DNA of 64,000 bases from Raillietiella orientalis (taxonomy: Eukaryota): assembly GCA_036172245.1 (NCBI GenBank), contig JAYWIR010000029.1, forward strand, positions 1,922,001 to 1,986,000, written 5' to 3'. The notes under the pieces are model-generated. The model made no database searches. It saw nothing but the letters and a program-made list of their open reading frames with translations, and had not been told where the DNA came from. A program made the translations under genes and the position numbers. Positions 1-11,699 of this stretch are shown piece by piece. The number at the start of each line of letters is the position of its first letter. Position 1 is the first letter of the stretch.

Positions 1-900
1 ATTTAATATTGCACACCTTAAATTTATCATCACAAACATTTGTGCTTTATTTCAGTATCACACCAATACTTTGTTATTGCATAAGGAGTTGAAACATTTC
101 AAGATTCAGACATAGAAAATTCTTACTAAATTTGCTCAAAGTTCTCTACTTTACGTTTCTTTTTTTATAATTGTAAAATTCTTTAAACATTAAACACATA
201 TGAAATATTGCAATGAATTCCTTAGAATGTCTTTGAAACAAAAGTCAACAGAAGTACAAACAAACTTTAAAGCACAAGAATCATAATGGTGAAGCCCAAG
301 AATGACATGAAATTAAATAAATGAAACATAAAACACATGAACAAAAAAAATCAAATTCTTTATCCTTAACAAATGAAGTGTGAAGTACTCAAAAAAGTTT
401 GTGAAGGTCTAAAAAATTTAGAATATAAAATGGATCCCTTGGATGCATTGCAGCTATTGGAAAAAATCATGAAAATACTTTAAATCTAAAGATCCTTAAA
501 ATTCTAAAATCAATAGTGAAAACAAGTGATATATAAATGTTTTAAATCTCACTAATTCACCACCTCGCATAAAGATAACAATTATACACCAGCCAAGTTC
601 CCAATCCAAGCTTCTATATCATCCCAGAACAAACCACTTTCATTTCCATGAAGGAAAATGAGCATTTTTACAACTGAATTCGTGCAAGAATGCAGATTCA
701 GCACAAACGACAACCGATTACGATATCTTTGTAAATTCAAATTTAATTAAAGGCATCCGATCTCCCATTTGGTCAATCAGATGTTTATAAAAATCAGGTT
801 AACAAATTTTCTCCTGGGTGAATGTTAGCACATAAGCATATAGAAATACACATGAAAGATGAGCCAGTTTTCAGCTTTTTATTATCTTTGTGAAAAATTT
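1..900 (-). pseudogene. Decayed carboxylesterase/cholinesterase (COesterase) unit, N-terminal half, runs off the left edge
   Basis: Minus frame at ~585-420 reads IVIFMRGGEL..LVFTIDFRI*GSL..HDFFQ*LQCIQ, matching PV.VFIHGG.F / VVT.NYRL / DQ..L.WIQ. HVFLYAY at ~850 is at the FLGIPY position. In-frame stops present. Confidence 0.6.
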
Positions 901-959
901 AATTTGTATATTGATATGACTTGATGATATCAAGTCACACCTACAGTCACCAGTCACCA

Positions 960-1930
960 GTATTTGAAACATCTTTTGGCTTCTGTAGCTAAAACGTAAA
1001 AACCAAAGTCATTTACCAAAACGAAGATTTGACCTAAATAATAAAACGTTTTCCTGAAAAGCTGCCTCAGTTATCCAAAAAGCACGTGCAAAGATAATGG
1101 AAAAATTAAGCTTTTCCTTTATACTATCTCATATAAGTTTGAATGCATATTTTAGTTCAAACGTGACCGCAACAGTGGAAACACTCGTTATATCTAAATA
1201 ATTTGCATGAGTTTACAAAACTGTTGATGGGTCGGAGCTTCGGCTGAACAGAGGGCTTGATTATTGAAAACATGACCTGGAACACTTGGAAATATGATCA
1301 AAATCAATCTGCTGTGAATATGTACCAAGCACATACTAGCATTAACAATATCTATCCAATTTTTTTCAGGGGGGGGGGATTATTTCAAAGAAGAATAATT
1401 CCTCTTTACATACTCTTCGAGAAATTCTTGGAATAGTTTTCGGCATTTAACTCCTAACTCGTCCTGAACATGTACATTTCTTACGTAAGCTTGTGATACA
1501 TCCATTTAGACTATTCTTCCGATGGCAATCAAGAATAGCATTCAAAATACCAAATCATATATGCTCGATGTACATCAAGCACAAAACAAACCACACCATT
1601 CTTGCAACAAAACCAAGGGTGTGCACAACCTTAGAAGTTCCCGCCAAATTTCGGAACTTATGGCACCTGCCAAGTCTTTAGGTTTATTTAAAATTCAAAC
1701 TAATTCTTAATATCTTTGCAGGCATCGAAAAAAAGGCATGTGTGAAAAAATTAAATAGCGAAAACATTTCCTGCTTGACTTAGTAGTTTTGAGAACCATT
1801 CTGTATGAGAAAATAACGTTTGTTCCAGGAATATCTCAGACAAGGATAACGAGATTTACTCAAAAATTTATTAATTTTTTGTTTCGTAGATACCATGAAA
1901 TGAGTATTCAGTTAGTAGTTATAGATGATG
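960..1930 (+). pseudogene. Decayed COesterase unit, C-terminal half, inverted orientation
   Basis: Plus strand: TKVIYQNE (~1003, RAI.QSG position) and KTVDGSEL (1217-1240, P.VDG..L). ORF 1493-1681 reads IHPFRLFF..MYIKHK..RVCTTLEVPAKF, matching F.CP...FA / Y.F.H / GV.H..EVPYVF. Confidence 0.6.
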
Positions 1931-1979
1931 GACTATAAAAACTTGAACTTTAAAACAAAAAGGTGTAACATGAAATTAT

Positions 1980-3318
1980 TGCAAATTGTTTTTTCTCATT
2001 ATCTTCCTTCAACAACGTAACCCAATATTTAGGGATCCCACAAAACGGTATTCGAATATGTTACTACATTTTTGATCAGAGAATTAATACCGAAAATTCA
2101 CAAACCCATTGTCGCCTAAATTCTTTCAGAATTTCCTTATGAAGAGATCCGAGTATTAGAAAAATACTATAAACAATAAGCGAATACTTGACTCCAATTC
2201 TAACAACCTACATTTCTGATGTTTTCCATGTTACATGGTTTTCGAAAGGGAAAAACTGACTGACTGGATTCGAAATGATATTATGATTCAATATTTAAGG
2301 TAATGTAAAAAATCTAAGTAAGAGATGATTCCATTTTTGGTAAGATTGAATGCTGTTTTGAGTCCTCTACGAAAGTTCTATGGAATGAAATCGGTTTCGG
2401 TGTGGTTCTGAAAAACAGTCTTTGAACTTTCTGTTTTTTTGGAATGTCACCTAATAAAAATGTAGTGAACATTCAGTTCAAAGTATGAATGTCTTAAATA
2501 TCGGGATTGTTTTGATTTGGATATAATATCATAAGTGGATTTAATGCGATGAATTACATGAGCAGCACTAAAGTGCATTTTTCGTCTTTAATGATAATTA
2601 CCCATGACAACGTGAAATCCTCAATTTTTTTTTCAAAACTATAAAAAAACGACTGCAAATTTTATATGCTAGGAACAAGTCCATGGATGCTATTGAGTTC
2701 CAGCTGAAAACAATTCTTATATGCTTAGGATTCGTTGCACAGATATTTTCGACGGACTTCTCTAAAAGGCAATATGCAACAATGATTTATGAATCAAACG
2801 TTCCTACACACAGAAATAGGGTACATAATAAGGCTAAATTATTGCCTATGTGCAGATTGATCCATTTTTTTGTTGTCTATTCTTTTCGTGAGAAAATGAC
2901 AAACTGAGCAAATTACTGTCATAAAACAATATGCATAAAACAATATTATATCAATACAACAACCTTAGTTCAGGTTCGCTCTACAGAGACAACGTATGCT
3001 TGTAAAGCACGACTGATTTTGCATCATTTTCTTGAGAATTTCCCACGAATTAGATATTGATTTGTCCAAAGTAACAAACGCTTGCTTTGGCATAAACTGT
3101 TGTTTGAAAGGGGTCCCAGAAACTGTCAGAACCAAATCTACACAATGAAACTGTTAGAAGTTGTACTTCTATTCCTTGATGTAGTGATGGTTTGCAGAAG
3201 TGTTTGTGGAATCAGCCATGTAGGAAAACCTACTTCAGTCTCAGCATTTCACTGAATGAGACATTCGAGTAAAACGAAAACAGACGCATTTTCTGTTTCC
3301 GGCACTTCTTTCCATCTG

Positions 3319-3349
<31 letters not shown>

Positions 3350-3420
3350 TTTTCGAAGTTTACGAGGTTCACAAATTAATTGCGATTTCTGGATGCCCAT
3401 CCATCCATTTATTTGTTTTC
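1980..3420 (+). pseudogene. Decayed COesterase unit, near full length, inverted orientation
   Basis: Plus strand, in order: VTQYLGIP (YLGIP at 2026-2040), ISEYL, VTWFSKG, FFGMSPNK (~2435-2460, FGGDPNK), TILICLG, ILICPK (~3060), AISGCPS (~3385). Several stops and frameshifts. Confidence 0.6.
3324..3348. repeat. (CT)n microsatellite
   Basis: Directly visible tctctc... run. Confidence 0.95.
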
Positions 3421-3479
3421 GAACCAATAAAAAAGATGCAATCAATTCGCGAAATGCCGTTTTGCAAATGAAATTATGA

Positions 3480-3960
3480 AACCAATTGGGTTTTTTTTTC
3501 TTCTCGTGTGGCAGCTTTTAGGGATGCAACTCCTTTTTTTGAGCTCCTCAGACCTTTTATGAACATCGTTGGAACTTTTTCAATGGGTCTTGATTCGGAG
3601 TATGTGTCAGTAGTCACATATGCAGCTTTTGATTTCCAACCTCGCCTTTGGAACTATGTAGAATGTAGCTGCAAACTAGTTGAATCCGTGTTGCTCATTT
3701 AAAAAACCCTCCCACATATCGATATATCCGAAGCAGCAATTATTCGTCAAAAGGAAATGTGATGAAAACGGGTAGGATGCAAGTTGCATCAAAGCAGTGG
3801 ATGTTACCTGTTTTCTTGTGGGAAAGATCCACTTGTGGGTAACATCCACTGCAAGCAAGAGTGCACGCCCCGAGGCCATGCAACTTGCAGCCCAGGTACG
3901 TCCCTGTTATGCAGTGACACAATTAGAAAAATTCCTTCTGGAATCTGAACAAATGGGTTC
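3480..3960 (-). pseudogene. Decayed COesterase unit, N-terminal part only
   Basis: NPFVQIPEG (start motif), TYLG..CFDAT (ORF 3740-3922) and NNCCFGYIDMW (SEDCL.LNIW position, ORF 3676-3879), spread over three frames. Confidence 0.5.
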
Positions 3961-4019
3961 CCGGTAGTCATGTTATTGGATATTTTACATTGAACTGATT
4001 CATATCACAAGGGGAAAAA

Positions 4020-5440
4020 AAGTTCCCTGAAATTCACGTTTCAGGTAACGAGATATTCACGCACTGAGAACAAAAGACTTGTGAGGCATTCATAGGAAAG
4101 AAACCCGATCTCATATCCTGGAATTTCATACAATTTCCTGAAACTGCCCTATAAGGAAGAATGTGAAAGATTTGGGCGAGATTTACCGTTTTCTTTTTTT
4201 CGTGTACTGATCTCATTAAGTACTTATGATTTGCTTATCTTCGATCTTTCCTTTCACTAACGGAATTCTTAATCATCCATACTAGTATGCCGAATTTTGA
4301 TGTTTCTGGTTTTGTATTCTTTACTAGATTGCGTGCCATTCTAGCAGAAACACCCTACTTGCTCACTCAAACTGAATTAGAAAAGCTCAGAACTTCCGAA
4401 TGTTTGTGTTCAGCAAACTTGATGTCTTGATTTTTTTTTTTTTACTAATAATATGCAGATTTGCCTTTATCATTATAATAGCTCTGTTAAAACTTTGCTA
4501 TAAATAAATTGTTGATGTACAGTGAGCTTTTTGAGGTCAAGTGAAGAATTTTTAATCAACTTCCTCATGCTTGTTCAGCTACTAAAGACTTCATTCCAAA
4601 GATTTCTGCTAAAGAAGATTCCTTATGTTTTTGATTCTTCAAATTCCATTAAACTTGAACTGCTTGGTGTCTTTGGATCCATACATGAGAATATTAGCAA
4701 TATTTTCATTTACCTTCTTCAATTTTTCCAATCAATGATATGAAGTTCTGCTTCAAAAGCAATGAACTGAATGCATAAACACCGTAAAAACAATAAATCC
4801 TTATCCAATCTTAACCAAAAATATCATCCACTTGAAAATGTGCATCCTGGAATACATGCTGTGTGCGAATGTAAACATGAGCATTTTTTTTTTATTGCAG
4901 CTTCTTTTACATCTTTAAAATTTAAAAAGGATTTCTGCCAGACTCTTTGGCTGCAGCATATCAGCATATACCTGCAAGGTACAAACCAATTCATGAACTT
5001 TTGATGAGCAAAGCACATTAATCCATTTTAACAAAAATGTATACAGCCGTAATCCAATTTACAAGCAGCAAAGTTATGCAATGTTAGAGGAATTCATAAA
5101 TTGGTTCATCTCCCTTATAAATTAAAACTTTCCTTTATAATTCCTGCAAGGAATGTCAAGGATTATTTCATAGGGAAATACAAATTATAGCTTATAAACA
5201 TTAATGAATATCCTTTAAAAATTTGCAGAATTATCAAACTTCCTTTATTCATCTAAATTCTTAAAGAGCAAAAGTGACTTGTATGATAATAGTAACTTCG
5301 GTAAAACTTGTAACAAAATCAAGTTTTTTCAATATATGATTCATACAACAAAAGTTTCAGACAACTCTGTATTCATTTTTCATTCAGAAAAGAAAAAAAA
5401 TATGAGGATTTATCCATGACTTGCAAAATATCTTCAAATG
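4020..5440 (-). pseudogene. Decayed COesterase unit, from the SEDCL motif to the C-terminus
   Basis: TFEDILQV (~5435), RNYKGKF*F (~5140), IGLRLYTFLLKWIN..CTLQVYAD..ILFK (~5060-4920), VHCF*S (~4760), in canonical order. Confidence 0.55.
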
Positions 5441-5477
5441 TGTAACTTGCTTGCTTTCAGCTTTAATCACAACTTCA

Positions 5478-8465
5478 TCAGAGTTGTGAAATTGTCCATG
5501 TATCTTTTGTTTCTACATTTTCAGGACCAATTAAAGTACAGCATCCTACAGAATTAGATTTCAGAAGATTGACTGTGGCATCAACAAGATCTGCTTTTGT
5601 TGCATTTAGTAAATGATTTCTGTGTGATTGTTTCATTTCATCAGTGAGTCCCCAATAGAATCCTTCAAGGCCTCTAAAACCAGGAGCTACTGGTTTATCT
5701 TCCTCCTGAAACACTCGGAGCACAGCTTCATCTATATCTTGCTGAGAAAAACTAGCTTCAAGTAGCCATTCTAAAGACTTTTGATATTCCTTGAATGTTT
5801 GAGTGGAATTTGGATCCCTATAGGAATAGAAGGAGAATACTCCAGTTGGGAAAGCAACAGCTCCAGAACCATAAGCACCACCTTGTTCTCGGATTTTAGA
5901 GTGTAAGTACTTTGCACTCAACAACTTTGAAACAATTCTTAGATAGGCATACTTTGGATTTGCATAGGAAAAACTTGGATAGCTTAAAGCTGTGAAATTA
6001 ATAGGGAGTGGACACACAAAATGACATTTGTGAGCACTGTCCTCCGAAATCTCTTGATGAGTATGAATGGGAGTTTTGGCATGACCCTTGATCTTTTGCA
6101 AAAAATTGTCCAATAAATTAGAAGTTTCATGAAAAGAATGCTTTTCAGCATTGATAGCACAGCGCATATGCTCCTTATTTAACACAATAGCAGCAATAGT
6201 TTCTAATCCTTTCTGTATAGATTCTATATCTAAATTATTCACCAAGTTCTTCAGGTAGTGTAGTTGTGATATTCCTACAAATTGTTCTCTTAGAGCACAT
6301 GATCTTCTGAAGTGGCTTGAAGAGTAACTCATTGCATAACTGTGTGCATTGTGAACAATCCCATTGGATAAATCAGTAGAAATCATCTTTATAAGTGTCA
6401 CCAACTGATCTACATTCTGAAAACTAATATTGTTAAATAAATCTAACCAGATATCGAACATTGAGGATAAATGCGTATTCAAACAGTACGAATGCAAACT
6501 AAGTCCTTCTTCAAATACCAAAATGTCTTGTGGATTTTCTCTTATGAAAGGGTCTACTGACAGCCCTCCTGTTTTCAAATCAATCATTTCCTCCAATGCT
6601 TTAAAGTTCACATTTTTCGTTCCCATCTTTGAGAAAACTGCACAAAACAGAGGAACTAAATTTCTTAAATTATCTGGTACCATTGAAAAATTTAAAAAGA
6701 TTTGGAAGTATGTCAGATTATTTGTGAACTGTTCAATGAACAGGACATTTGTATCCTCAATATTCTGAGTAAATCTGGTTATTTTCTTTATGCATCTGTC
6801 AATGTCTTTTCTCTGTAAAATAGGAAGACAATCAACATTTGAAACAGATTCCTGCATCTGAGCTAATTCTTTACTCTTCTTACATAGATGTTCTTTATCC
6901 TTAAGAGTCAAATGTTTTGTAAAAGTTTTAAGTAATTCATCTTCTTTTTCCTTGTAATTTCTTTCATAATCCTTATTTGGAGACATGTTTAATTCCAGAC
7001 TATGTGTATTTTTTATAAAATATTCTGATATTTTATCTTGTAAAAATTTCGGATTTCTAATGAGGTCATTTCTAAGTCTTGATATTAGCTCATCACATTC
7101 CAAAGCAGTTATAACATCTACATTGTGATTCCATAAGGAGACAAGCCCAAATAATACATGAATTCCAAAATCTGCTTTTTCATGCTTCAACTGTATTTCT
7201 AGAGAATGCAAAATGGAATCGATCCTTTGCTGGGTAAATCCTTCTTGAGCTGTCCTATGGAATGTTTCTCGTATTTTTTCTGAAACTTGCTTGGCATTAT
7301 CTTTCAAAACACCTTGCAATCCAATTGTAAAGGTGCTTTGCTTTGTGTTATTACTATATCCTGTAGCAGGTACAAAACTATCACCCAAGTTACGTTCCAA
7401 CAATGACTGATAAAAAGGAGAATTTGATCCACCTATTAACAATGCGGAAATAACTTGAAGAACGAAATTTTCATAAACCTCTGTCACTGGCAATAATAAA
7501 TAACTCAATCCAACTGTAACTGTTTCTTTACTTGCATCTGAAGATAAAAAATCGGCACAATCTATGCTTGCAAAACGTGGTTCTGACCACTTTTTTTGCA
7601 ACGGAATTTCATCATCTTTATTCACAACTGTATACTCTGACAAATACCGTTCATTCAAAAATTCAAGATGAGATTCTAAAGGGAAATTACCATAGCTAAA
7701 AAATTTCGCTTTACTTGGATGATAATACTTTGAATGAAAGGAACATAATTCTTCCCATGTAAGGAAAGGAATCTTTAATGGATGCCCACCACTAACATTT
7801 GCATAAACATTATCTGGAAATAACTTAGTTTGCAAATTTTCGGAAAACAGTTGCTGAGGATCAGCAAATACAGCTTTCATCTCATTCAGTACAACACCTT
7901 TTAATAAGAATGGTGAATTTGGATCACCAGGATTTTCATTTTCGATACGCCAACCTTCCTGGTTGAAATCCAGTTCTTTCAGATTAGGATTAAATACTGC
8001 ATCGAGATAGACGGACATTAAATTTTTATAATCGGAAAAATTTTGCGTGGCAAATGGGTATAAAGTATAATCATTGCCAGTCATAGCATTCATAAATGTT
8101 GCGAGACTTCTATTAAGCATTTTAAAGAAGGGATCTCGAACTGGATATAATTTGCTTCCACACAAAACTGTATGTTCCAAAATATGTGCAACTCCGGTGG
8201 AATTTGGTGACGGTGTACGAAAAAGGATTCCAAACACATTATTTTGGTCATGTTTTTGAATGTGAAGATATTCTGCACCGGTTTTCTCATGTTTCAATAT
8301 AATTGCATCAAGATTAAATTCTGTTATATGCTTTATTCTCTGAACAACAAATCCATGCAGGCAACTATCTTCTTTCAGTTGACAGTTCGTCTTTATTTTC
8401 GATAAAGATACAGCATGCCTAACTCGCTGGTAGAAATACAAACTTCTTCGAAGAAATTTAGACAT
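5478..8465 (-). CDS. PITRM1: Presequence protease, mitochondrial (pitrilysin metallopeptidase 1, M16C), single exon, 995 aa
   Basis: Uninterrupted 995-aa ORF with the inverted zinc motif HILEH in GVAHILEHTVLCGS..YPVRDPFFKMLNRSLATFMNAMT, C-terminal IREQGGAYG and FYSYRDP, and a basic N-terminus resembling a mitochondrial targeting peptide. Confidence 0.97.
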   Translation of the reverse strand: MSKFLRRSLYFYQRVRHAVSLSKIKTNCQLKEDSCLHGFVVQRIKHITEFNLDAIILKHEKTGAEYLHIQKHDQNNVFGILFRTPSPNSTGVAHILEHTVLCGSKLYPVRDPFFKMLNRSLATFMNAMTGNDYTLYPFATQNFSDYKNLMSVYLDAVFNPNLKELDFNQEGWRIENENPGDPNSPFLLKGVVLNEMKAVFADPQQLFSENLQTKLFPDNVYANVSGGHPLKIPFLTWEELCSFHSKYYHPSKAKFFSYGNFPLESHLEFLNERYLSEYTVVNKDDEIPLQKKWSEPRFASIDCADFLSSDASKETVTVGLSYLLLPVTEVYENFVLQVISALLIGGSNSPFYQSLLERNLGDSFVPATGYSNNTKQSTFTIGLQGVLKDNAKQVSEKIRETFHRTAQEGFTQQRIDSILHSLEIQLKHEKADFGIHVLFGLVSLWNHNVDVITALECDELISRLRNDLIRNPKFLQDKISEYFIKNTHSLELNMSPNKDYERNYKEKEDELLKTFTKHLTLKDKEHLCKKSKELAQMQESVSNVDCLPILQRKDIDRCIKKITRFTQNIEDTNVLFIEQFTNNLTYFQIFLNFSMVPDNLRNLVPLFCAVFSKMGTKNVNFKALEEMIDLKTGGLSVDPFIRENPQDILVFEEGLSLHSYCLNTHLSSMFDIWLDLFNNISFQNVDQLVTLIKMISTDLSNGIVHNAHSYAMSYSSSHFRRSCALREQFVGISQLHYLKNLVNNLDIESIQKGLETIAAIVLNKEHMRCAINAEKHSFHETSNLLDNFLQKIKGHAKTPIHTHQEISEDSAHKCHFVCPLPINFTALSYPSFSYANPKYAYLRIVSKLLSAKYLHSKIREQGGAYGSGAVAFPTGVFSFYSYRDPNSTQTFKEYQKSLEWLLEASFSQQDIDEAVLRVFQEEDKPVAPGFRGLEGFYWGLTDEMKQSHRNHLLNATKADLVDATVNLLKSNSVGCCTLIGPENVETKDTWTISQL

Positions 8466-8749
8466 TTCAGTTAATCATGAAATCATAAAAACTAATTACA
8501 TCACATCACAAAACATACACCCCAACAAACGACTAAGGATAAGACACTCGTGTTCAGCATGATAACCAGGCACAGATACCAAGTCTCTACTATTTTCTTT
8601 TGCTGCATGAAGTAAGAAAGTCTAGTTAACAGATTACATTCAAATTGTTGTTGTTACCTAAAATAGGTAGTGCAATCTCAACTCTTATACATTCTTAAGT
8701 GAATTTTTTCTCAAAGGGAGGATCTAACTTCATTTAAAGCACCTACCAC

Positions 8750-10280
8750 AAAAAAAAGCACAATCTAGTTAAAGCAATACAAAAACGAATGTATTCAAAT
8801 AGATGAATGTAAAAGAGCAAAAATTAATAATTAATAATTTGAGATTTTTAGTAGTCTGATTGGACAGAGTGAGTGTAGTATTTTTGTTTTTCAAAAGAAG
8901 TACGAGATTAGTTTACTTGCCTTGGAAGCAATCCTGCATGCGATAATATCTTTACTGATGACGAGGAATAAATATACAATCTGGTCTACCGCTCAAAATG
9001 AGAATTCGAAAGTCATGAGAAAGGAAACAGCCTAATGCAGTAAAATTGTCAAAGACCAAACAAAACAAAACAGTATCATGCATATTTCCTATAGTAGGAA
9101 TCAACTCTTTGCTACTGATCTAACAAGGGTACATACTAAATTTAAAACCAAATAACTACTCAAGTTTTCATCTAACTACCGTCTTCAGATATGGAGACTA
9201 AAATCAAGATTATGTAGATTAAATATCAGTATTTGAATATAGACCTTGTATGCAACAGATTCAGAGAAATTAAGTGCAAGTCATACGATAAAATAATAAG
9301 CAACAAATTGACTAAAACTACATAACTAAAATTTGTGTCCACAAACACACAAATATGTTGCACTTATAATTGAGTTGTTAGATTTCTCTTATAAAACATG
9401 GAAATAAGATATCAAACAGCGCTTACAGTTGTGTTTAGCGATTTCAATAGATTGTTGTATGAGTTTCATGCTAGACCATGAATCAAAGTTCTTTCATTTT
9501 AAAAAAAATGGAAAACTTCAAGTTTGAGTTGGCAGTCCACTTCTGTAGGAAGTCATGAAATTCGTGCTTCGCAGGAAAAAATTTAATTACACATACAAAC
9601 ATCTACATGCACAGGGATAACATAACCTGGAAATAGCAACCAATAGATTCATTTCAAGAGATGACTCTACCCGAAAAATCTACACATGTATACTTTGTAA
9701 GCAGAGAGGAATTCCAGAAAAATGGAATAATGGATATGAATCAAAATCCAGCTAAATAGAATGTAATATCATACGAGTATGTACAGTAAAAAATGGAATG
9801 CAGTGGAATCATCACAAACTGGTTCCAAACTGCAGTTCTGTTCCACACTCATAATCTGGAACGATTGTAACGACTGATGCATTTGACGGATGCTTTCTCT
9901 TGGAGAATACCACAGCATTGCGGAAGACCATTTGCCCAACCGGTTATAGTGCACGCAGCTGATTTGTTCCAATCGAATTAATTGAACACCAGTGCCAGAA
10001 ATTTTTTTTCCCCATGATCCCCCTAATTTCGTGTGCATATAGATGACTCGTAATGCATTATACTGCACACACAATCTTGTAATAGCTATCACAAATGGTT
10101 CTAGCATAAGTTAAAGTGCTGATTGTTCTGCAAAGTAAGATTTATAAACGGGAAGAATTTTGCATAGATGTCCTGTGTTTACGAGATTTCAACGTGATTT
10201 TTGGATAGTTAAGACATCAATAAAACAGCAACAACAACGATGTAGCACGCGTTTTCCTCAATAAATTGGATTTCACTGTA
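8750..10280 (-). pseudogene. Decayed COesterase unit
   Basis: ORF 9769-10107 reads LRVIYMHTKLGGSW..ISCVHYNRLG (~9934-9954)..MHQSLQ, matching LPV.V.IHGG.F / V.NYRLG / DQ.LA. The distal half was not traced in detail. Confidence 0.6.
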
Positions 10281-10399
10281 ATCTTTTTTAGAAGTACAAA
10301 TTAGCATTGTACAAGTAGTATTGATGTATACTTGAAATGAAACGAGGCACTGGGCAACACACATAGGCAAAGGCAAAAGCAAAAGCGTAAACTTTCAAT

Positions 10400-11690
10400 G
10401 AAGTGAAAAAGAAGCCCTTGATTTGCTCTTGGTAACTGTTTAAGAATTTGTAAAATATTCCTTTGCGAATGAAGCAGTGTATTTAAATGGAGAGTATTCA
10501 GAATTCTTCAAGTAAAGGTGATTCTCAAGGACCAGATCATGACCTGAGAAAAACTAATGCTGTTATCTACATCAGGATGGAATTCGGTTTATGGAGTAGG
10601 TAGACATGTATTTTGCGATTCTACACAACATATGTGAATTTAATACATACTTGCAAGTATATATCCATACTGAGAGGTACGCATGCATGTTTTGTGTGCT
10701 TGTTTGCAGTTGGTTATAGGGTTGCTTTTTGGGTCAGCACCCATATACAGAAGTCATCGTTCCTCTCGAGGAGCTTGATGAGCTTCCATCTGTCGGTTGA
10801 TAATTGGGAATGGTCGACTGAAATGCCCCATGGGTGCAATGTGGCGGATGTTAAACAGTTCAATGCTGCCTCAATGATCGATACAAACATCATGCCACTT
10901 GTTAGCTGCTCCATGAGTCCCTGGAGAGCAAGGCGATTTTCTTGGCTGAAAGCAATTGCAATGATTTGTTTGTCAGAATATGAGTGACACGATCTGTCAT
11001 CCTACAAGAGTTTAGATAGCAGTCTTCCTTTGAAATGAACAGGTGCTTGTAAAAGTAAATTCACCTGTACCACCGATGGTTTCAAGGATTCAACAGATTA
11101 TTCTATCAGGGACTGTTCGATGTAATGTGTAAAGTATTCTGAGTTGAGGGGGGTGTTCCCGTTGTTTCAAGAGTAGTCCTTTCATAGAAGAACGCATCAG
11201 GTTTCTTCTTTCTAGGAGGGTACATCCTTTCAAAAACTTGGTGCTCTTGGTGTAGAATTCAGAGTATATTGTATGTCTAGTTCAATTTTTTACAGTAAGG
11301 ACCCTTGGTACATGTGCTAGTACCAAGGGTCCTTACTGCAATAATGAAATTTTGAAATAAAATCCCTTTTGCTCGTACTGGTGGGTTGAGTTCAAGCAGA
11401 TTTTTTTTTTTTTCTTTATACATTGCGAAAGCATGTAAGGAAGGCTAAATTATGCAAATCCTTGGGAAAGTCTGATACCTTGTTTGTCTATTGCTTTCTC
11501 TATAACTGTTTGGCTAGGAGCATCTTGAAGAAACTCGGGGATTTTTCCGTATTCTACTTTTGTGTAGGCAGCGGTGAAGCACCACTGTATGGATCCTATG
11601 TAAAGCATATCTAAAATTAAGCGGCATCCTAACTTAAGCTGATTAGAATAGTTTTCATTAAATTGAGAAAATTGTACAGAACACATACAA
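10400..11690 (-). pseudogene. Decayed COesterase unit, distal two-thirds (proximal part at 14100-14600)
   Basis: ORF 11450-11686 NQLKLGCRLILDML..APSQTVIEKAIDKQG matches DQ..AL.W..DNI / SP.S..LF.KAI.QSG. ORF 10714-10914 EQLTSGMMFVS..VDHS matches L.GD..F / FDH. Confidence 0.6.
11293..11338. repeat. Perfect inverted repeat with 19-bp arms and 8-nt loop; possible minimal MITE/TIR remnant
   Basis: cagtaaggacccttggtac-atgtgcta-gtaccaagggtccttactg. Begins CAGT and is preceded by TA. Confidence 0.85.
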
Positions 11691-11699
11691 AAGAACTCA

